A DNA stretch of 64,000 nt from a bacterium (GTDB lineage Bacteria > Bacteroidota > Ignavibacteria > UBA10030): NCBI GenBank assembly GCA_043803945.1, contig JAZDJN010000087.1, positions 288,001 through 352,000 on the forward strand, read 5' to 3'. The translations under genes and the position numbers were made by a program. Below the pieces are notes generated by a model. It saw nothing but the letters and a program-made list of their open reading frames with translations, searched no databases and was not told the origin of the DNA. Below are positions 58,339-64,000 of this stretch, piece after piece (the first letter of the stretch is position 1; each line of letters opens with the position of its first letter).

Positions 58339-59153
58339 GCACTTTTCCCTTCATCACCGGAATCTGCAGCAAAACGTTTATCTCGATTTTTATTCACAAC
58401 GGCGGAAATCAGAATACCCAACTCATACAGTATGACCATGGGGATACCGAGGAGCATCTGGGTCACGATATCGGGCGTAGGAGTGACAACTGCGGCAATG
58501 ATAAGGATAGCCACAATCGCATGACGCCGGTACTTTCGCATAAACGCAGGAGTAAGCAGCCCCATCTTCGATAAGAAATAGGAAATCATCGGCAGTTCAA
58601 AAACGAGTCCCGCTCCGAGAATCAGCGCCAGGAGAAAGCTCATATAACGGTCAATGGAAACATTCAATTCAATGTACTGTGTCCCGAATCTGGCAAAGAA
58701 TGTCAAGGCCGTAGGAACGAGTATGAAATAGCCAAATGCCACGCCCGAGAAAAAACAGAAGGATGTAAAAGCGACGATTGCCGAAATGTAACGGCGTTCT
58801 TTCGGAAGCAGACCCGGAGCAACGAACCTCCAGAGCCAGTAGAGCGTATTGGGCATGCTCAGGATAAAGCCGCAGATGAGCATCGCCTGCATATAGAGGA
58901 GTACGATACCGTACGGTGAAAGAACCTGTGCCTTCATTCCGACTGCAGTGAGCGGCCGGAGGAGAATCTGTATCACAATGAACTCTGCGTAGATACCGCA
59001 GACGGTCGTTGCGATAACGAGCCCGATCAGGATTTTTACAATATGCCAGCGAAGCTCTTCGAGATGCTCAAGGAACGACATTTCTTGTTCGGTCGCATTC
59101 TCACCGGCCGGATTCTTACTTCGAAAATATTTTAAGAGCAAGTTCTTCAGCAT
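58335..59153 (-). CDS. tatC: Twin-arginine translocase subunit TatC
   Basis: EMSFLEHLEELR, WRFVAPGL..KER, GLVFELP, AAVVTPTPD, P...LYE. Confidence 0.95.
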   Translation of the reverse strand: MLKNLLLKYFRSKNPAGENATEQEMSFLEHLEELRWHIVKILIGLVIATTVCGIYAEFIVIQILLRPLTAVGMKAQVLSPYGIVLLYMQAMLICGFILSMPNTLYWLWRFVAPGLLPKERRYISAIVAFTSFCFFSGVAFGYFILVPTALTFFARFGTQYIELNVSIDRYMSFLLALILGAGLVFELPMISYFLSKMGLLTPAFMRKYRRHAIVAILIIAAVVTPTPDIVTQMLLGIPMVILYELGILISAVVNKNRDKRFAADSGDEGKSA

Positions 59154-59163
59154 CGTCGCTTTG

Positions 59164-60468
59164 TCATGATTTGTTGAGAAGCTCTGAATACAGCGGGAAC
59201 GATGAGCAGAAGTCCTGAATTTCCTGTCGCACCTTCGACTGCTCTTCAGTACTGCTGATCTTCGAGATGATCCGGTTGATGAAGGATGCGACGACAGCCA
59301 TTTCCGATTCTTTCATTCCCCGTGTGGTTAATGCCGGTGTGCCGATCCGAATTCCGCTTGTAATGAACGGCGATTTGTCGTCAAATGGGACGGCATTTTT
59401 GTTGACCGTAATCCCTGAAAGATCGAGGGCTTCCTGTGCATCTTTTCCGGTTACGTTCTTGTTGCGAAGGTCAATGAGCATCAAATGGTTATCCGTACCG
59501 CCGGAGATGATTTGAAATCCATGACTGCTTAACGATTGAGCTAACACCTGGGCATTTTTGATAACCTGCTCTGCATACGACTTAAAATCGGGTTGGAGGT
59601 TTTCAAAAAAGCCGACTGCTTTAGCCGCAATCACGTGCATGAGGGGGCCGCCTTGAATTCCAGGGATGACCATTGAATCAAGAAGTTCGGACATCATTTT
59701 TTTTCTACCCGACTTCGGCGCAACCTGCCCGAAGGGATTCTCAAAATCCTTGCCCATGAGGATCAATCCGCCACGCGGACCACGAAGTGTTTTATGAGTA
59801 GTCGATGTAACGACATGACAATGGGGGAGTGGGTTATTCAACAGATTCATCGCTATCAGGCCTGCGGGATGTGCGATGTCTGCAAAGAGAAATGCTCCGA
59901 CCTGGTCCGCAATCTCGCGAAAGGCCTTGTAGTCGATGTTGCGTGAATAAGCGCTGGCGCCGACGGTTATCATTTTTGGTTTTTCTTGTTGTGCCATCGC
60001 TTCCACATGGCCGTAATCGATATAACCGGTTTCCCGAGAGACCCCATACGCTGAGAAGTTATATAACTGGCCTGAGAAATTAACAGGAGAACCATGGGTC
60101 AGGTGCCCTCCGTGCGACAGGTTCATCCCCAGTACTTTGTCCCCTGGCTTTAAAAAGGTCATGTAAACGGCCATATTGGCCTGTGATCCTGAATGGGGCT
60201 GCACATTGGCATATTCAGCGCCGAACAGTTTCTTCGACCGGTCCCGGGCAAGATTCTCCGCAATATCAACATACTCACATCCGCCATAGTAGCGTTTGCC
60301 GGGATATCCTTCTGCGTATTTATTTGTCAGAACGGAACCGAGTGCTTCGAGAACGGCAAGGCTCACGAAGTTTTCGGATGCGATGAGTTCGAGTTTGGAG
60401 TGTTGTCTGTTTATTTCCTGCTGGATCGCACTGTACAACTCGGGATCAATGGTTGATAGATGGTTCAT
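59164..60468 (-). CDS. glyA: Serine hydroxymethyltransferase
   Basis: [73 protein letters not shown]. Confidence 0.97.
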   Translation of the reverse strand: MNHLSTIDPELYSAIQQEINRQHSKLELIASENFVSLAVLEALGSVLTNKYAEGYPGKRYYGGCEYVDIAENLARDRSKKLFGAEYANVQPHSGSQANMAVYMTFLKPGDKVLGMNLSHGGHLTHGSPVNFSGQLYNFSAYGVSRETGYIDYGHVEAMAQQEKPKMITVGASAYSRNIDYKAFREIADQVGAFLFADIAHPAGLIAMNLLNNPLPHCHVVTSTTHKTLRGPRGGLILMGKDFENPFGQVAPKSGRKKMMSELLDSMVIPGIQGGPLMHVIAAKAVGFFENLQPDFKSYAEQVIKNAQVLAQSLSSHGFQIISGGTDNHLMLIDLRNKNVTGKDAQEALDLSGITVNKNAVPFDDKSPFITSGIRIGTPALTTRGMKESEMAVVASFINRIISKISSTEEQSKVRQEIQDFCSSFPLYSELLNKS

Positions 60469-60534
60469 ACGATACACTCAGTAAGTGATGAGAAGTTGAG
60501 GAGGCGATTACAGTAATCCCGTACCGGTAAGTCC

Positions 60535-60972
60535 TCAAAGTTGTGTAAGAGCATGGATTTTTTGGATCCTTCGCTCGTGACGTCCGCCTTCAAATGGAGT
60601 TTGAAGAAAGATGGTGACAATTTCAACGACAGCTTCCCAACGAAGGAGGCGTTCTCCGAATGCAAGGACATTTGCATTATTATGCAGACGGGCGAGACGC
60701 GCTGCTTCAACAGATTCACAAGCGGCAGCACGAATCCCTAGATGCTTGTTGGCAATGATGGACATGCCGATGCCTGTGCCACAAATGAATATTCCCCTCT
60801 CACATGTTCCTGATGAGATCGCACCACAGGCAGGGTGAGCCCAGTCGGGATAGTCGGTCGAATCAGAAGTATGGGCGCCGTAATCGCGGTAATCTATTTT
60901 CAGTTGATCAAGGAGCGGCTTTAATCGTTCCTTATACGCAAATCCTGCGTGATCGCTTGCTAATGCAACCAT
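60535..60972 (-). CDS. rpiB: Ribose-5-phosphate isomerase B
   Basis: ASDHAG, DYPD, ICGTGIGMSI.ANK..GIRAA, HNNANVL, FEGGRH.RR. Confidence 0.96.
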   Translation of the reverse strand: MVALASDHAGFAYKERLKPLLDQLKIDYRDYGAHTSDSTDYPDWAHPACGAISSGTCERGIFICGTGIGMSIIANKHLGIRAAACESVEAARLARLHNNANVLAFGERLLRWEAVVEIVTIFLQTPFEGGRHERRIQKIHALTQL

Positions 60973-60978
60973 GGGGAA

Positions 60979-62202
60979 TTAATCCTGATCAAATTGTAAG
61001 AACCACATTTCGCTGGCACTGAGAGAAAGATTGAGGCGGAAGAATGTATCCCGTTGAAGTTTGTTTGAAGTTGTACCCCGTGTTCCTACCTGGAGACCGA
61101 GATTAAGGTTAGCGTCAATTCCGATGGGAAACCCAAATCCTGCCGTGGCAGAGAATTCCTCAATCGCCGTACCGCCAAAGGTGAGGTATGAGGAGTTGTA
61201 GGAAAATCCGGCACGATAGGTCATTTGAGAAATAAAAGTGTTTCTGTCGCGTTGTGGAATGACTTCGAAACCCGCTGAGAATCGTGTGCTATTCTTTAGC
61301 TCCGGTGGAACCGTGCCGAAAAATTTTGCCGTTCCCCAGTATTGTTGGGCAATATCCGCAGTGAGAACATATTTTGCATCAATGAGATAGGAGGCACCAA
61401 ATCCGATACTTGCCGGCAAATCGGCATTTGCCGCGCTTGTGAATGTGGTATCCAGATAGGTCCGCTCCCGGTCGATGCTAAATGTGGATGGAGTGGAGAG
61501 CACAAATCCGATTGTTAAATGTTCGAGCGATGGCATGTTGAGCGCTGTTCCGACTTGTTGGTAGATGGCGCCGAGACTCACATTGGCTGCACCGTAGTAG
61601 TCGGATCGGTCAATTTCGCTGTCATAAAATGTTGGATCTGAAAAATTGTATCGTGCGTTCTGATAAATTTGTCCGAAAATATAGTTGAACTTGAATCCCA
61701 AAAGGAGTGATCCGGCAGGAGAGACGGAACCACCCAGACTTACCTGTGTCAGTCCACCTTTTCCTAAGAAGGTTTGTTCCAATGTAGAATCCGAGCTTTT
61801 CAACGCATAGTTCACAGAGCTATAGGGAGAAATATCGAGCATGGCAGAAACGCCATGTTCCCTCGAGATAGGAAATGCAAACGCGAGCGCTTTGAATCCT
61901 CCGCGTTGACGAGAACCTGACGCGTTAGCATCTTTCGAGCTGAGCGATGTATATTCAAATCCCCCATCGATACGCGTGTAGGACAGCCTTCCAATGCCGG
62001 CAGGATTTAAAAGATTGATGAAGCCGTCTCCAGCCAGGCCGATGCCTGATCCTCCCATCGCTGCGAGGCGGCTGCCGCCATAACTGGCAAGGTCACCGAT
62101 ACCAAATCTCGAATAGAGTGATCCTTGAGCGGAAGCAGCGGATGCAATTAGGGCGAGAAGGAGGAACAAGAAAATGATGCTAAAATTGTTGCGCGTTTTC
62201 AA
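60979..62202 (-). CDS. Outer-membrane beta-barrel protein (FadL/PorV-like fold)
   Basis: Signal peptide; SLYSRFGIGDL, MGG.G, NPA, PYSSVNY, G.GGL, YRAG, E.WF near the C-terminus. Confidence 0.75.
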   Translation of the reverse strand: MKTRNNFSIIFLFLLLALIASAASAQGSLYSRFGIGDLASYGGSRLAAMGGSGIGLAGDGFINLLNPAGIGRLSYTRIDGGFEYTSLSSKDANASGSRQRGGFKALAFAFPISREHGVSAMLDISPYSSVNYALKSSDSTLEQTFLGKGGLTQVSLGGSVSPAGSLLLGFKFNYIFGQIYQNARYNFSDPTFYDSEIDRSDYYGAANVSLGAIYQQVGTALNMPSLEHLTIGFVLSTPSTFSIDRERTYLDTTFTSAANADLPASIGFGASYLIDAKYVLTADIAQQYWGTAKFFGTVPPELKNSTRFSAGFEVIPQRDRNTFISQMTYRAGFSYNSSYLTFGGTAIEEFSATAGFGFPIGIDANLNLGLQVGTRGTTSNKLQRDTFFRLNLSLSASEMWFLQFDQD

Positions 62203-62228
62203 TGAGAATTCCTTGTGATGATTGCAAT

Positions 62229-63422
62229 CTACTCAACGACATAAATGAGCGTTAGTTTTGGGCGTAACGCCAGATTTGTTGTCATGCCGTGAAACGTAAA
62301 GAGATCAATACTACTGGCTTCAGTGACTCCGGCCAGATAGACTTTATAATTCCCCGGTTCGCGAGTCCATCGATGTGCATAAGGGGTAATGACGTAACTA
62401 TAGACTGTTTCGCCATTGACAGTGTTGCGCTGGCTTGGCGCATAGTAACTCTCATTTACGGTGCCGCCGAGATCGGAGAAGTAGGCAAATGTTGAATCGA
62501 TGGTAAATGAATTTTTCCGTGATTTCGATTTATCCAGGGTCAGTTCAAGCAGAGCCCGATAGACGTACGCGCGTGGGGGAATCGATACGACGTTGAACGT
62601 GACGAATCCACGCGTTGCGGTTCCATTGTAGACGTACATCTTCGTGGTGTCCGTAAGAGTTCCAAAGGAGCGTGCAACGGCGAGCGACCGCTGAACACCC
62701 GTGTTCATGATGACGGTGTCGATTTTTGTGGCCCCATCACGCTGATAAAGGATCTCCAGCTTTGGCAGTGTTGCTGTATCTCCGTTGATCGTGCTGAAAA
62801 ATCCTTTGATCACGGAGAGGTTGGCAGATGGTTTAACAAGCACGCCATAGTTATACGTGATCGTATCGCCGGGAGAACCGATCCATTTCCGTAAGAGGAG
62901 AGTGTCAAGTGGAATCGAGAGAAGGGCAGTATCGGCGATGGAACCGAATGAAACGTTTCTGAGTGGGGCCGAGTTATAGAATCCTGTGTTTTGTATTGTA
63001 TCGAGCGTAAGGAGATTGGGATCCCAACTCTTAAGCAATTCATGTGTTGTGATGGAAAAGGGTGCGAGCGAATCGCCCACATGCATTGATCCAACGATGC
63101 GGATTGATGCCTTCACCAGGCGTGTGGCACGTAACGATTCAGGCAGCGCTGTAAATTGGAGTAATGACCATGCCTCGACGTCTGCTGACTTTCCAATAAA
63201 GAACCGCGCGGCCTCGTACCATTTTGGGATTACTTCGATCGAGCCGCTTTGGATTGGACTTATTCTTAGAGTATCAAATTTCAGTTGGTCGCTGAGTGGA
63301 ATAATTCCTGCACCGACAGGATTAGGATCCTCGCTGCACCCCCAGAATCCTAAACTCACGAAAAGTGTAAGGATGGGGAAAAGACTCCAGATGTTTTTTA
63401 CTCGTTGGTTGTTTCTGATCAC
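62229..63422 (-). CDS. Lipoprotein (DUF4270-like)
   Basis: Lipobox FWGC followed by SEDPNPVG; C-terminal RPKLTLIY; downstream of glgA. Start reassigned to GTG 63422. Confidence 0.65.
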   Translation of the reverse strand: MIRNNQRVKNIWSLFPILTLFVSLGFWGCSEDPNPVGAGIIPLSDQLKFDTLRISPIQSGSIEVIPKWYEAARFFIGKSADVEAWSLLQFTALPESLRATRLVKASIRIVGSMHVGDSLAPFSITTHELLKSWDPNLLTLDTIQNTGFYNSAPLRNVSFGSIADTALLSIPLDTLLLRKWIGSPGDTITYNYGVLVKPSANLSVIKGFFSTINGDTATLPKLEILYQRDGATKIDTVIMNTGVQRSLAVARSFGTLTDTTKMYVYNGTATRGFVTFNVVSIPPRAYVYRALLELTLDKSKSRKNSFTIDSTFAYFSDLGGTVNESYYAPSQRNTVNGETVYSYVITPYAHRWTREPGNYKVYLAGVTEASSIDLFTFHGMTTNLALRPKLTLIYVVE

Positions 63423-63724
63423 GAAAGAGCAATCCTGTTCTTGATTGATTGTGTGTAATTTACCGCGCCGCACGACACTCCGTTCTCTGTCGCTAATTGT
63501 TGTAGGAACATTCGGTCCTGCTCGGCTTCTTCGACCTGATGCAATCTGCCGGGAAATCGTTTTCTGAGAACATCCCCCGCTCATCTCCTGACCGCCAGGG
63601 ATATTCGCTATTCGAATCGCCCGGCAGAGAGGAATAGGAGTCGAAGTTCCACGGGGAGGGTGAGATCGTGAATGCTTCAGCCGTTAGTAAAGAGCTGAAA
63701 CAAATCTCTTGAGACGGCACACTA

Positions 63725-64000
63725 TTATTGCTTCAACAACTCCTTGTAGAGATTGACGTATTTTTTAGCAGAATGCTCCCACGAGAAGTCCTTAACCATC
63801 CCATTACGCATCAGTTTTTTCCATTCTTCCGGTTGATGGTAAACCTTCAAGGCACGTTGAATTGCTTTCAGCAGATCCTTTGAATCGTAATGGTTGAATT
63901 TAAATCCAGTCCCTTTCCCTGAGCCGGAATAATCCTCTACAGTATCATCCAAACCACCGGTGGCTCTGACGACGGGGACCGTGCCATACCGCATGCTGTA
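63725..64000 (-). CDS. glgA: Glycogen synthase, 3' part (runs off the right edge)
   Basis: YSMRYGTVPVVRATGGLDDTV, GTGFKF, DFSW..SA..Y..LY. Confidence 0.92.
   Translation of the reverse strand, partial: YSMRYGTVPVVRATGGLDDTVEDYSGSGKGTGFKFNHYDSKDLLKAIQRALKVYHQPEEWKKLMRNGMVKDFSWEHSAKKYVNLYKELLKQ

Noticed and set aside
1290-63444. Numerous 60-220-aa antisense or alternate-frame ORFs inside long genes
   Set aside because: They overlap well-supported CDSs and lack recognisable motifs.
63423-63584. N-terminal extension of the lipoprotein
   Set aside because: It would put the lipobox about 75 residues in and overlaps the structured intergenic region.
63510-63650. SRP (4.5S) RNA
   Set aside because: CAGG and AGCAG-like words occur, but without the GNRA-capped domain IV helix.

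Overview
A 64-kb bacterial chromosomal segment. It is probably from an Ignavibacteria-like Bacteroidota (sensu lato) organism, inferred from the TonB-receptor / C-terminal-sorting-domain protein / PorV-like gene trio and strong Shine-Dalgarno usage. From left to right: (1) 1-13.1 kb (-), a PUL-like uptake/catabolic cluster with a TBDR, a T9SS-CTD-like protein, a PorV-like protein, a URO-D-family protein and a six-hairpin glycosidase-like protein. (2) 13.9-22 kb (+), outer-membrane and secreted proteins, including a degenerate 5'-nucleotidase fused to a beta-barrel and a four-repeat protein. (3) 22.0-31.7 kb (-), a defence island bounded by a 31-bp imperfect direct repeat. It encodes a DUF499 ATPase, a stand-alone PglZ-like phosphodiesterase and an SNF2 helicase but no methyltransferase. 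Between PglZ and SNF2 lies a cassette-like block (VapBC, DUF6922/AbiEii, GxxExxY nuclease) punctuated by eight 75-76-bp palindromic repeats that supply the genes' stop codons. (4) An S41 protease and a LytS/LytTR system surrounding an aromatic amino acid decarboxylase. (5) sua5, larB, purE, a Pit transporter and an extended arsenic-resistance operon. (6) A ceramide-biosynthesis trio (spt, bCerS-like, CerR-like) and housekeeping genes (ilvE, USP, polyprenyl synthase, tatC, glyA, rpiB, glgA). The best candidate for an undescribed system is the GxxExxY-associated 76-bp palindromic repeat/cassette array nested in the methyltransferase-less DUF499-PglZ-SNF2 operon. I recognised no rRNA, tRNA, CRISPR array, integrase or transposase. 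All family calls come from reading motifs by eye, not from database searches.
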